NCBI RefSeq assembly: GCF_009914755.1
Contig: NC_060926.1
DNA: 64,000 nt
DNA from: the human T2T-CHM13v2.0 reference genome, Homo sapiens
Strand: one strand, 5' to 3'
Position numbers and translations under genes: made by a program. Under the pieces are notes generated by a model. It was not told the origin of the DNA, ran no database searches, and saw nothing but the letters and a program-made list of their open reading frames with translations. Positions 28,076 through 41,617 of the stretch are shown piece after piece (the first letter of the stretch is position 1; each line of letters starts with the position of its first letter).

Positions 28076-29741
28076 GGAAGATAAATTGCTTTTTTTGATA
28101 GGAATTGTGTAAATTTATCAGAATATACTAGAATTTCTGTGTTTGTATGGCACAAACCTGTTGCCGTCCTACAAACAGCAAATACATGTATATATGAAGT
28201 TGTGTTTATACAATTCAGTTAACTAATTAAACAATTTTTGTTTAATCATACAAAATGAAAGAATTATATTCTATTCTCTTCATGTAAAATTATTTTACAA
28301 ACTCTGCACAAAGCGGTGATAAAAACACATGTAGCCAGAAAATGCAAGGAAAAAAATCATAGAGGCACTAGGCAGTTATTTAATAAAACTAGTATGTTGA
28401 CATTTCTGAATGGTATGATATTTATAGTATTTGTCAGTTCTTTTAAAATTCATAATTTGTTTTTCTTATCTCAATAAATATTCATTCTTATATTTAGTTT
28501 TTTACTCTTAATTTTTAAAAGAATCCTCAAAATAGAATATGCTGCAGTCTCACATCACCTGGATTGGCCTCTGCCTGTCTAAGGTTTCAACCCCCCTTGT
28601 GGAGTGAGTTCCTGGATAACAGGGGTGATTCTTTGTGCTGTTTATGAATCTGCTGCTTCCATCCAGTGCTGTACATAGCTCAGGTGTTCTTCCACTACTT
28701 GAGTAGTTATTAATAATATGCAAGAGAGCTCTCCTTCCATGTGGTACTTGGCACTGCTCTTGGAGTTAAATAGAATGATTCTGAAGGGTTTCTCTAGTTT
28801 TCAAGATTGATACCTGTTTATTTTAAGCAATGCTGCCTAATCCTGTCATGAGACTATGTCAATATTGACTAGTTTATTAAATAAGATTAGAAGATGCTCA
28901 AATCTTGAACTTATCTATACACAGTGCAAATTGATACCACTTCTCCCTCCACCCACAGAAAGAATCTTAGATAACTATATATATAAAATACTTTTCTGTA
29001 ATCTTTATAATTGTAATATCTGAGGAAGTTTAACTCTTCAATATATTAGAATTGTTTTGAACAATTTATTGTGCTAAAGGAGTAATTTCATGAACTTCCT
29101 GTTACTGTGAATCTTTTGCTCAATGTGTCTCTAAAATGGCTATCAGAGAGTAGTTATGTTAGGGTCTTTGAGGGAGGTTTGCTCAAAGTAAAATATTTTT
29201 CCATAGATAAACAATTCTATTGAGCAAGAGATTGCCTTGCAAGAGTACAACAAATCTGCTTAGAAAAAAAACTCTCTTTAATCTTCCATTTGCGATGTAA
29301 TAGGTCCTTGGATTTAGTTAACAGTGGTTGAAGAAACATTGTTGGCAAAAGATATGTGCTCAGAAAGATCACAACATTAATTTTCACTATGTTCTCTTGA
29401 GCACAGAAATTCACATACAGTTGTGTTGCGTTTTGTGTTTTAATATCCTGATGTTCTTTTCGGGTCTTTTTTAAGAAGTGTAATCTGTGCTGGAGCAAGT
29501 GATGTATGTGAGGTTTTCTAGACTAATATGCAAACAATGCCAAACATCCCAATTACCTTTGGGAGATCCCAAAACCTTGTCTTTCAAGGCCTTGATCCTA
29601 GGGTTGCTGGGCTCAACGCTAGGGACTGCGCTGATGAGGACCTGGGTCAGAAAGCCCTAGAGAACACCAGTGGGGCAGAAAAGCTGTTGCTGTCTTCTCC
29701 CATAGTGAATGGCAGGGGTCAGGGCTTTAACCTAGAGAAGA

Positions 29742-30109
29742 TGTTAAAGAAAAAAGATTATTTATGATACTTGTTAAAACATTAAAGCAAGCTTTTTATT
29801 CAGGATTATCGCAATAGGTATAGGGATTGCAGCAATGGAGTTTTGCAATAGGAGAGAGAGATTGGGCTAAACTCTGAATACAAGAAAAAACGAGAATTTA
29901 TAGACAAGGAGCAGAGTGGGGTCAGTGCATGGAAAATTCTTAAGAAGAAACATCCGGGGTAAGAAGAGATTCTGGCTGAACTGACCAACAGGAGTCTTGC
30001 TAAAATTAAGTGATAAAAAGAAGGACACAGAAGTCCAAAAGTTAGGACTGAGTTGGAAAGAGGATTCAGAGAAGCCCAACTAAAATTTGGCCAAGGAGAG
30101 ACTCCATCA
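29742..30109 (-). mobile_element. MER67/MER31-type ERV1 solo LTR
   Basis: TGTTAAAGAAAAAAGATTATTTATGATACTTGTTAAA...ATTGGGCTAAACTCTGAATACA...TTTGGCCAAGGAGAGACTCCATCA. Confidence 0.8.
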
Positions 30110-30730
30110 GTGACACACCAACAATATTGCAATCAGCAATTCCAAGAGTTAAAGGGGAAAAGAGTATTTCAGAGTATCAGGTAGCAGTGTCAGAAGCTGG
30201 GATAGAACCTTCCCTCCATGTGGGCTAGGCTAGTCTTAGCATATCGGGAAGTTGAAGTTGTCAACGGTGTTCATTGAGGAGCTGTATGCAACCACTTCGA
30301 CTGTGTTCAGAAGCTCAGTGAAGGTAGAAATGCTTTGAGGAGACTGAGAGGGAAAGACCAAATGCAGTTGTGGTTTATAACGTTCCTATCATTTAGAAAA
30401 TTAAACATGTTGGGTTTCATGTTTCTGTTTCTCAGTGACTCCCAAAATGAAGATTTAATCTTCTCTACAAGAGTAGTGAGTTAAGCTTTGAGATATGGCC
30501 ACGTGGTGCTGCTGATATCTGGGAAGCCTTTGTGCAGTTCGTGTTTGGGACTTTTAATTCCTGGGCCAGTAGAAGGACTTTTTTTTACTTGATATTTCTC
30601 ATTTCTTTTATCACACTCTGTACTTTTTGGCTTAGTGACTTTATCTCTATCTCATCTTCTATTCTCTTGGATTTAGGAGAGGGAAATATTTATGCATTTC
30701 CACAACTGAGAGTGGAGGAGGGGAGAGGGG

Positions 30731-30736
<6 letters not shown>

Positions 30737-30782
<46 letters not shown>
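30737..30782. repeat. (GA)~23 microsatellite
   Basis: Uninterrupted GA run. Confidence 0.97.
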
Positions 30783-30786
<4 letters not shown>

Positions 30787-32246
30787 TCCATCTGCTGCAT
30801 ATATTGGACCTTGTCATGGTGACCCATAGCCTTGTTAGCCTGTGATCCTAGGATTCCTTCCTCACTGTGGCCATTTCACAGTAGGACCTTTTTCCTCTTA
30901 TATGTAGCTCTTGCTCAACCTAATTTCCTTTCAGAAAACTGACCTTATTGGTATATTTAATTTTCAGATTGACACGTATACTAAAATAATACTTTTGTCA
31001 ATAGTTGCTTAATGTGTATTCAACATTTTCTCCTTTTATAGATTATATTATCTGGATTCTTAAATCATTTGTATGAAATTACAAGTGTAGCAAGAGAGAC
31101 ACAATAGCTTAGGTTCCATGTCTTTTTGAAATTTTCCTGACTTGAAATGGGTAGATTTTAAGAACAAATGTTACTTATTAACAAATAAGTACAAATATAT
31201 TATTAATTTTTAGTAAAACAGAGACTATGTGTGGGATTTACGATGCATTCGATTTACTGTGCAATTCTACAGACTATGATATAGTATTTCCAGAAGGGCT
31301 GATACCTATCAAGGAGTTGGGATCTGACCACTGTGAAGCAGTCAGTCATTCTAAGGAGCTGCAGCCTTGTCAACGGTGGGAGACCAGTAATTCCCAGGCT
31401 TTAGATGAGCTACTGGTGTGTTTGGACTTATGCAAGAGTCCATGGTCACATAGGAAACTAGAGGGAGGTAAGAATAAGGTGGAGAGATGCTGGAAGGTGT
31501 TTCAGGTTGGCTCCTGGAGTTTATATTTCCACCAGTTAAGTATAAATAATCTCACCACTGAAGATCTCACTTAACTCACACTCATTCTTTAAAAAATCTC
31601 TTAGGAAGACTATATAATCATAACTAAGCTACTCCTATAGAAATCTAGATCAGTACATTTAAAATGGGTCATTCATTCTGACTTTCTGGACTTAATGTCA
31701 TTTTTCCTTTTAAAAAAGAATATGAACAAGAATTTTCTATTTCCTATCACTATCTGTTACCATAAGCTCATAGAGAAAATATATCTACAAATCATAGTTT
31801 CTAAAAATTTACTCTTCTTGTCTCATGGGATGTAATTATGAGTGTGTGTATGTGTACATTTAGAGATTCACATTATCTTTACTTTCTGTGTGTTTCCTCC
31901 AGATAAGGAGCAAAGTAACCTTCTTAGCAGACATTATTATAAGCCCCAAATGTAGAGAAGAGTGACTTTGAGCTTCTAACCTAGCCAATGATCTTTAACC
32001 AGCATTGGTCAGTTTTGATCAATTTCTGTGTGGGTTAGATAAAAATTGATTCTTTTATAAGGCTTTGCTTCTCTCTTTTTAGTAGCAGACATTGGTCATT
32101 ACAGACTGGACTTTAAGTTGGGTCCAATTCTGTACACCCAAGTCTGTGTGGTGACTCTGCTGAGGAACTCATGTGCCTGCAGATTTGGATTGTTAGCACA
32201 TAAACATCTTGCTGTAATCTCTGCATAATGCTTTTGACCACATGCT

Positions 32247-33124
32247 TGTGAAAGAGATACAAGAACAACCAACATGTTTTTCCTATTCTCACACACAGTT
32301 AAACAATATTCAACACAACATCCCACTTCTGGTCAACAAAATGTGTATAGAGATTTCTTCCAATTCTCCAGTGGACACCCACTCAGTGTCTTATAATTTA
32401 ATTATATTCTGGCACTGTCTACATGGACATAGTGGCAGATCCCACAGGCTAAAGGCTCAGCTCCACAAGGCTTTCACCCAATTCAAATGCCAAATGCAAG
32501 TAGTAGGTTGTCACCTATACTTCTGACTGACCAGCTATAAACTGGGGCTCCAATTGCCTTCTCCTTGGGTTCAATTAATTTGCTGGGAAAGCTCACAGAA
32601 TTCACAGGGAAACACTTAGCTTTGTTTCCTAGTTTATTATATAGGACATTACAGTGTATACAGATGGTCATCCAGATGAAGAGATACACAGGGCAAGGTA
32701 TGCGATGGGGTGTGCAAAGCTTCCATACCCTCTCTGGGTGCACCACTCTCCAGGAACTTCCACATATTCAGCTATCTGGAAGCTCTCCAAATCTAGTTAT
32801 TTAGGTTTTTATGAAGCATTCATTTCTTAGGCATGATGGAGTAAATCATTGGTCATTGGTGATTAATTTAAACCTCAGCTCCTTTCTCTTCCCTGGAGGC
32901 TGGAGAGTGGAGGTGGAAGTCTCAACTCCCAAATCATGCCTTGGTTTTTCTGACTATGAGCCCCATCCTGAAGCTACCAGCCATAAACCATCTCACTAGC
33001 ATAAAAGAGGCACTCACACTTTAGAGATTTCAAGGGTTTTAGGGATCTGTGCCAGGAAACATGGAGAAGACCATACATACATGTACATACATACGTATAT
33101 CTTATTATAAATCACAGTGTCACT
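32247..33124 (-). mobile_element. MER21-type ERV solo LTR
   Basis: GGCAGATCCCACAGGCTAAAGGCTCAG...TTGGGTTCAATTAATTTGCT...TGTGCCAGGAAAC...CTTATTATAAATCACAGTGTCAC. Confidence 0.85.
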
Positions 33125-35809
33125 GTTTGCAATATGTTGTGTAACTCAAAAGCAAAAACAAATGAACCACAATGGGAAAAAAATTCAGGACTATTTTCTT
33201 AAGGAAAATAACTTTTACTCTTTGAATAAAATATTACATAGAAATAAAAAAAATAAACTCTACAAACTTATAATACCTTGAACACTGACCAATAACTTAA
33301 GAAACAAAAGAGGATAATTCATCTGTGCTTCAAAATGATTTATATGGTAGCTCCTAATTACCTTTAGTCTCTTTGTACTCTGATTATCAGCAACAGTACT
33401 GTGTGCTAGATTGTGATAACTATGTAATTCAGCATGAATAATAACTGTACTTTACATGGTGTGGAGGGGTGATAATCCTCCCTCAATTTTCCACTGAAGT
33501 ATTTGGTCATTTTCTTCTGAATTCTGCAGGGTAAAGGAATTATTTTTTTCTTACACCTACAACTTTCTGCTGTCACCTTAGCTGCACCATGGTATTAAAA
33601 AATTTAAATTACTCTGGTGAATATCCAATTGTGACCTTTCTTTTTATGGAAGATGTATTCTATTTCCAGTTTTGCTTGGGCTGAAGCAGCTTCTCATGCA
33701 AATGGTTAAACGTCTTATAAAATGTCACTAATAAACACACTGTCATTTGACATTACAGTAAGCTGTCTAATAAGAAATCATCTTTATGTTTCAACAAAAA
33801 AAGAACCTAGGTAAAATAACTAATTTCTTTTATTATCTTCTGATATTAGAGTAAAATGTATGTGTTTGTGTGCGTGTGCATGGTGATTTATTGTTGTGAA
33901 TTAAACTACTGTGTACATAGCCACTTTATTTTCAGATCAGGTAAGATGGTCATTATACTTAATCTTTGTTTTTATGCATATAGGCAAAAACAAGAAAAGT
34001 AGACATCAGGCAACAAAAGCTAGAAGTCTTAATGTGAATAAATAAATGCTATATCAGAGTCCAGAGATTTCAATGTTAGCCCCATCCTGGCCTTTTGCTA
34101 CTCATGTGACCTTGAAGAAATCAATCTGAGCCATTATTTACTTGTCTATAATCTGGAGATATAAATACCTATTCTATCTTATTGGGTTGTCATGTGAGAT
34201 AATATTCTTGGCATTTGTGAAGTGCTACACAAATATGAGGTAAAATTATTTTTAAAATTGAGCTAAATTATTTTTGGCTGAAAGGCAAGTCAATAGTCAA
34301 GTAACTGTTTATGTCAGAGTATCCCTTTTTCAGTGGAAAATTTATCAGTGAATTCTACCATACGTGGATACTTTTATTAATCATTGCGTTTAAATAATAA
34401 CACATAATTATTTGCTGACTTTGAGGCACATATTGTGCTGACTTTGAGGTTGCTGGTAATAAGTGATAGTATGAGCATCTATCATTGCCAGTAAAGTGCC
34501 AAGCACTGTGGCTGGGGCTTCACACATATTATTTCTGCTTCTTACCAAATCTCTGCAAACCACTGATACTAAGCATTAACAATGAGTCAATGACTTGTTC
34601 AGGCCCTAGAATTCTCCTACACAGGGTCAGGATTCATATTTGGCCAGGACATATACTGGGAATAATTTGGAACTCGTATATTGTTATGAGGAATTGGAAG
34701 CCATCTTGGGGACCAGCAAGAAGCCCAGAGAGAGGAAGTGACTTGCCTATGGTCACACAGCCAGCTGATAAAGGTTCCAGGGGTACCCAGATCTTTTAAC
34801 AAACTATCTTCTTATTTTCTTAGGTTCTTATTTCCTTTGCTTTGACAGAATCTTCCTGTGTAGCAGCAGCTGTTTTCCTTACCAAAGTGAGAAATAAGTT
34901 GGCTCTAATCCTCATCTTCCATTGTTTGTGAATTTGGGGCCCTACACTAACATCTCTCCCACAATACAAACATTTTTAATTCCTAGAGGACCATGGACGG
35001 TCCCTCATGGTCTTTTTGTGCTCTTGATAAGTATTTTGCTGACTAATTTTAAGCTGATCCTGCCCCGTCACAACTAGTTTAAGGCCAGTTGGCTGTGCTC
35101 CTGAAGAGTGGGCTTTGGTGAAAATCTCAAAGCCTTAAGATGGCAATGCAAGTCCGTAGAAATCAGAATTCGATTTACACAAAACATTTTAGTACCCTCA
35201 TATATATTAAACATACTATTCTTACTCCAAAATGTTGTGCTTTTTACAACCTTTCTACCATATGTAGAAAAGGAATGACATATAAGGACAGGATTCCGGT
35301 GTGTTATTTAAGAAATTAATCATTCATATATGAGAAAAAATTAAGAATGTATGTAATTTTGTTTTGCTTTTGTGTCTGCCTCACCAGAATTACTGCCCCC
35401 GATGTACATACCATTTTCTCAAACTATCATATTGAACAGTTTCTCCTGAAAAGTGATTATAAAGATAAGTGTCTGTGTGACACACAACATAGAAATGTCA
35501 CAATTGGCGATGGTCTATTCATAAATGTAAGCAGAGTGGAGTGTCATGCTTGGAATAGAAAAAAAATTAATATGGAGGTCCTGGTCCTTCTACAATATAA
35601 TTTATTGCTCAGATGTGCCCTTTTTCATTTAAAAGTGGAATTATTATAATTTGCACTTTGCTTCTATTATTGACACTCGAGTGACTCATTATAATCTTTA
35701 ATCAATTCTATTTATCTTTTCTTGAATAAAATAGTAAGATTTGAAAAATACTAATATATTAAAACATTTTTGTTTTCATTCTATTTGGTGTTTTAGGTTT
35801 GGATAGGTA

Positions 35810-38800
35810 TGTTGTATGTATGTATGTATACATGCATATGTGTCACCGTAATACTATATATACCCATAATATATATTTTATATATATATAATGGATATAT
35901 GTGTGGATAACAGTATAGTATACTATACATGTTATAGTGTATATAGTATACTAATATATAATGTATGTATGTGTATACATATACACATATAATATACACA
36001 TATATAATATATATAGTATATAATAGATAATGTATAATATATAATATATAATATAAAATGTATAGTATACTACATATTTATATATAGTATATAGTATGCA
36101 TAGTACATATATACTATATATGTAGTATACTATAGTGTATATATAGTACACCATATATAGTATAAATATACTATATAGTATATATACTATATATATACTA
36201 TATAGTATATACAGTGTACATATATAGTATACCTATACTATATAGTATATATAGTGTGCGTATACTATATAGTATATATAGTGTGCGTATACTATATAGT
36301 ATATATAGTGTGCGTATACTATATAGTATATATAGTGTGCGTATACTATATAGTATATATAGTGTGCGTATACTATATAGTATATATAGTGTGCGTATAC
36401 TATATAGTATATATAGTGTGCGTATACTATATAGTATATATAGTGTGCGTATACTATATAGTATATATAGTGTGCGTATACTATATAGTATATATAGTAT
36501 ACATATATAGTGTGCGTATACTATATAGTATATATAGTATACATATATAGTATGCGTATACTATATATAGTATACATATATAGTATATCTAGAGTATATG
36601 TAGTATGTATAGTATATATAGTCTACATACTGTATATACAGTATATATATACTCTATAGTATACTATACAGTATAGTATACTATATAGTATACAATATAT
36701 GTATACTATAGAAACACACTATATATAGTATACTATATATACTATATACTATATACTATATATAGTATACTATATATACTACATACTATATATAGTGTAT
36801 GTATAGTATATATAAACTATATATAGTGTATATAGTATATATATTATATATAATATATATTATATTATATTATACTATATATTATATGTATATTATAGTA
36901 TATTATACTATTATATATTATATATTATATTATATATAATATAATATAATATAATTATATATTATAAAATATATATTTTTATATTATATATTTTTAAATA
37001 TTTTATAATATATATTTTATAATATATATATTATAATTATTTTATATATAATATAAAATATAATAAATATTTTATAATATATATTTTTAAAATATAATAT
37101 TTATATATTATAAAAATATAAATATATAATATATTATATATTATAAAAATATAAATATATAATATATTATATATTATATATAGTATAATATATAATATGT
37201 TATATAGTATCTTATACTATTATACTATATATATTATATAGTGTATATAGTGTATACTATATATAGTGTATATAGTGTATACTATAGTGTATATAGTGGT
37301 GTATACTATATACACTGTATATAGTAGTGTATACTATATACACTGTATATAGTAGTGTATACTATATACACTGTATATAGTAGTGTATACTATATACACT
37401 GTATATAGTAGTGTATACTATATACACTGTATATAGTAGTGTATACTATATACACTGTATATATAGTATATTATATATACTATATATGTATATACACAGT
37501 ATATATAGTATATATACTATATAGTATATATAGTATATATACTATATAGTATATATAGTATATATACTCTATAGTATATATAGTATATTATATAGTATAT
37601 ATACTCTATAGTATATATAGTATATTATATAGTATATATACTATATAGTATATATAGTATATTATATAGTATATATACTATATAGTATATATAGTATATT
37701 ATATAGTATATATACTATATAGTATATATAGTATATTATATAGTATATATACTATATAGTATATATAGTATATTGTATATATAGTATATATAGTATATAG
37801 TATATATAGTATATTGTATATATAGTATATTGTATATATAGTATATATACTATATAGTATATATAGTATATTGTATATATAGTATATATACTATATAGTA
37901 TATATAGTATACATATATAGTATGTACACAGTATATATAGTCTATATGTATACTACATATAGTATACATGTATAGTATACTACATATAGTATACATGTAT
38001 AATATACTACATATAGTATACATGTATAGTATACTACATATAGTATACATGTATAGTATACTACATATAGTATACATGTATAGTATACTACATATAGTAT
38101 ACATGTATAGAATACTACATATACTATACATGTATAGAATACTACATATACTATACATGTATAGAATACTACATATACTATACATGTATAGAATACTACA
38201 TATACTATACATGTATAGAATACTACATATACTATATATAGTATATATAGTATACTATACATAATATACATATATAGTATATATGTATACATAGTATACA
38301 TAGTATACATACATAGTATACATCGTATACATATATAGTATATATGTATGCATCGTATACATATATAGTATATATGTATGCATCGTATACATATATAGTA
38401 TATATGTATGCATCGTATACATATATAGTATATATGTATGCATCGTATACATATATAGTATATATGTATGCATCGTATACATATATAGTATATATGTATG
38501 CATCGTATACATATATAGTATATATGTATGCATCGTATACATATATAGTATATATGTATGCATCGTATACATATATAGTATATATGTATGCATCGTATAC
38601 ATATATAGTATATATGTATGCATCGTATACATATATAGTATATATGTATGCATCGTATACATATATAGTATATATGTATGCATCGTATACATATATAGTG
38701 TATATATGTATGCATCGTATACATATATAGTGTATATATGTATGCATCGTATACATATATACAGTATATATAGTATGCATCGTATACATATATACAGTAT

Positions 38801-39340
38801 ATATAGTATGCATAGTATACATACAGTATACTATATATACAGTATATACAGTATACTATATATACAGTATATATAGTATACTATATATACAGTATATATA
38901 GTATACTATATATACAGTATATACAGTATATATAGTATACTATATATACAGTATATATACTATGTATTCTATATATAGTATAGTGTACATAGTATACATA
39001 TAGTATACACTATACTATATATAGTATACTATATATACTATATATAGTATATATAGTATACTATATATAGTGTATATATATACTATATATAGTGTATATA
39101 TATACTATATATAGTGTATATATACACTATATATTGTATAGTATAGTGTATATATAGTATAGTATATGTATATATACACATGTATACATGTATATATGTA
39201 TACTAATATATACTAATATATGTATAAACATATATGCATATATACACATAATATATTTGATATATAATGGATGTGTATTATATAATAACTGATATATTTG
39301 TGGGTTTATATGTACACACGTAATATATACACATACACAC
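35810..39340. repeat. Compound AT-rich minisatellite / low-complexity (TA-derived) array, ~3.5 kb
   Basis: 27-mer GTGTGCGTATACTATATAGTATATATA x9 (36254-36496). Pure A/T at 36909-37182. 28-mer x~6 (~37297-37460). 37-mer x~5 (~37560-37770). 27-mer TACATGTATAG(T/A)ATACTACATATA(G/C)TA x~10 (~37950-38232). 30-mer CATCGTATACATATATAGTATATATGTATG x12 (38321-38680). Confidence 0.97.
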
Positions 39341-41239
39341 TTCAGTGTGTCAAAAGTAAAAAACTAAGCAGAGACTTCTTGCAAACACAGAGATTTTTAG
39401 ACAAATATTCAAAGAGGAGAAAATATATATAACCAAGGTATCTGTTAACGAGAAATTATTTCAGTACTGATACTGTTAACCTAGAAAGAATAATAGAAAA
39501 ACTGAAGAGTGTATTCTACTACCACAGAGAAATTATAGTGTTAAACAGGCAAATGTAGCTAAATCCAGAGAAGAGAAAAATGTATATTTCCTGGGTCCTG
39601 ATCTTTCTGCAATACAATTTCTTGCTTAAATGTACATCCTTTCCATTTCATAAAATAAAATTGTCGTAGTATTTATTGAGGAATTCGAATAGAAACGCTT
39701 GGTGATTATAATAGTATCCTCTTCCTGAGCATATCAAAATCAAAAGGGCCAGAGAAGGCATGCATGCATTCTCCCTCTTTAGATGTAACCCCGCCCAACA
39801 CATCCAGCATGTGGAATACATATGATTATGCAGAAGCACCTCCCTCCCTGTACTGATAGTTTCCTCCCTGGATGTCGAATTTACTCATTCAATCAAGAGT
39901 GAGTTCCTAAAAAGGGAAAAATAAGAACCTGTCTCTGTCCTGGAGCCTGGCACAGTCCAGTGAGATGAAAGAAATAGAAAACAGCTTATTAGTACACTAG
40001 GCAATAAGCCTATAGCAGGAAAAACTAGAAAATTCCAGATGAAATCAGAGGAGAGAGTGATGGACTCTGAAATATTGTGAGAAGATTGGACTAAAGAGTT
40101 GACATCTGAAATCGGTTTTGATACATTACAGGTATCTTATTAAATTCTCCTATTTTGCCTTCTCCATCTCTCACTCTCTTTTTCTTTTGCTCTGTAATAC
40201 ATGTGGTAAAATTATGTAGCCCTTTTAAAATGCTTCGTAGTCATAATGTTATTTTTAATCTTTCTGCATCTGCTTTGCTTATGTTCTTATGAATAATCTT
40301 ATTAATACATTTTGCCAAAGCTATCATATCTAGATGAACCTGTGAAGCATGAATTGAGCTAATGTGCCCCCAGAAGGCATAGCACAGGTTTACAGTAATG
40401 TTATAGGACTCAGTGAACATAAATATTTTTGTAATAATAATAATAGATATTCAACAATGTAACAGGCTGCTGTGGAGAGTAGTAAGTTCTTTATCTTCAT
40501 AACAATTTGAGTAATGCTATACTTCTATTAATGTGGGATCATGTTATATTGACTTTAGGTTAATATAGCTACAAAGTTGTTGGTTGGGTCTATGAGAAAA
40601 TCTTTACATATATTTACTTAATCATCTTGACCTTTTTTATTCTCTCTTTGGACATAATTCTACAAGTCATGACTTTGATGATAATATTTCAGGACCAATG
40701 ACAGTGATTTTCATCCATGGTAACATGGATGTTGATTTGGTACTAAATAGCAGCAACAACAAAAAGATTATCTGCAGAGATATTATATAATATGTCCAAT
40801 TGATCAGTCTAAGTTTCAGAGTTGAGAAGGAGAAAGACTAACGTATATTAAGCAACCCACTGTACTATCTCATTCCATCCTCCCCCCAAAATGTGTGGTA
40901 AATATTTTGTTCATACATATATGATATATGTGTGTATATATATGTGTGTATATATACAAGTGAACACACACATAATACTTTTACAAGCTGTCGATTATAT
41001 GTTTACGAGTGAGGAAGTGAAGGCTTAAAATAACTTTTTCATGGTCACATTATTAGTATTCAGTCCCACTTATGATTTCAAATCTCATTGCCTTTCTACT
41101 CATAGAAGATAAAATAAACAAAAAAAGAGGAAAGGTTGTATCTGCATAGGCAAAAATAAGCATGCAGTTTAACCAAATTGAAAAAGGAGAAATGTGCACT
41201 TTTATAGAGAATGGAGGAAAGACATTACTGAGAAAGTAA

Positions 41240-41617
<378 letters not shown>

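Noticed and set aside
34413-34449. Direct repeat TGCTGACTTTGAGG x2 with a 9-bp spacer
   Set aside because: It is consistent with an ordinary slippage micro-duplication and has no other support for function.
36214-38822. Repetitive ORFs up to 260 aa (YYICIRCIHI etc.) and a CRISPR-like periodic appearance
   Set aside because: These are translations of tandem minisatellite units whose length is a multiple of 3. There are no unique spacers and no cas genes, and the context is eukaryotic.
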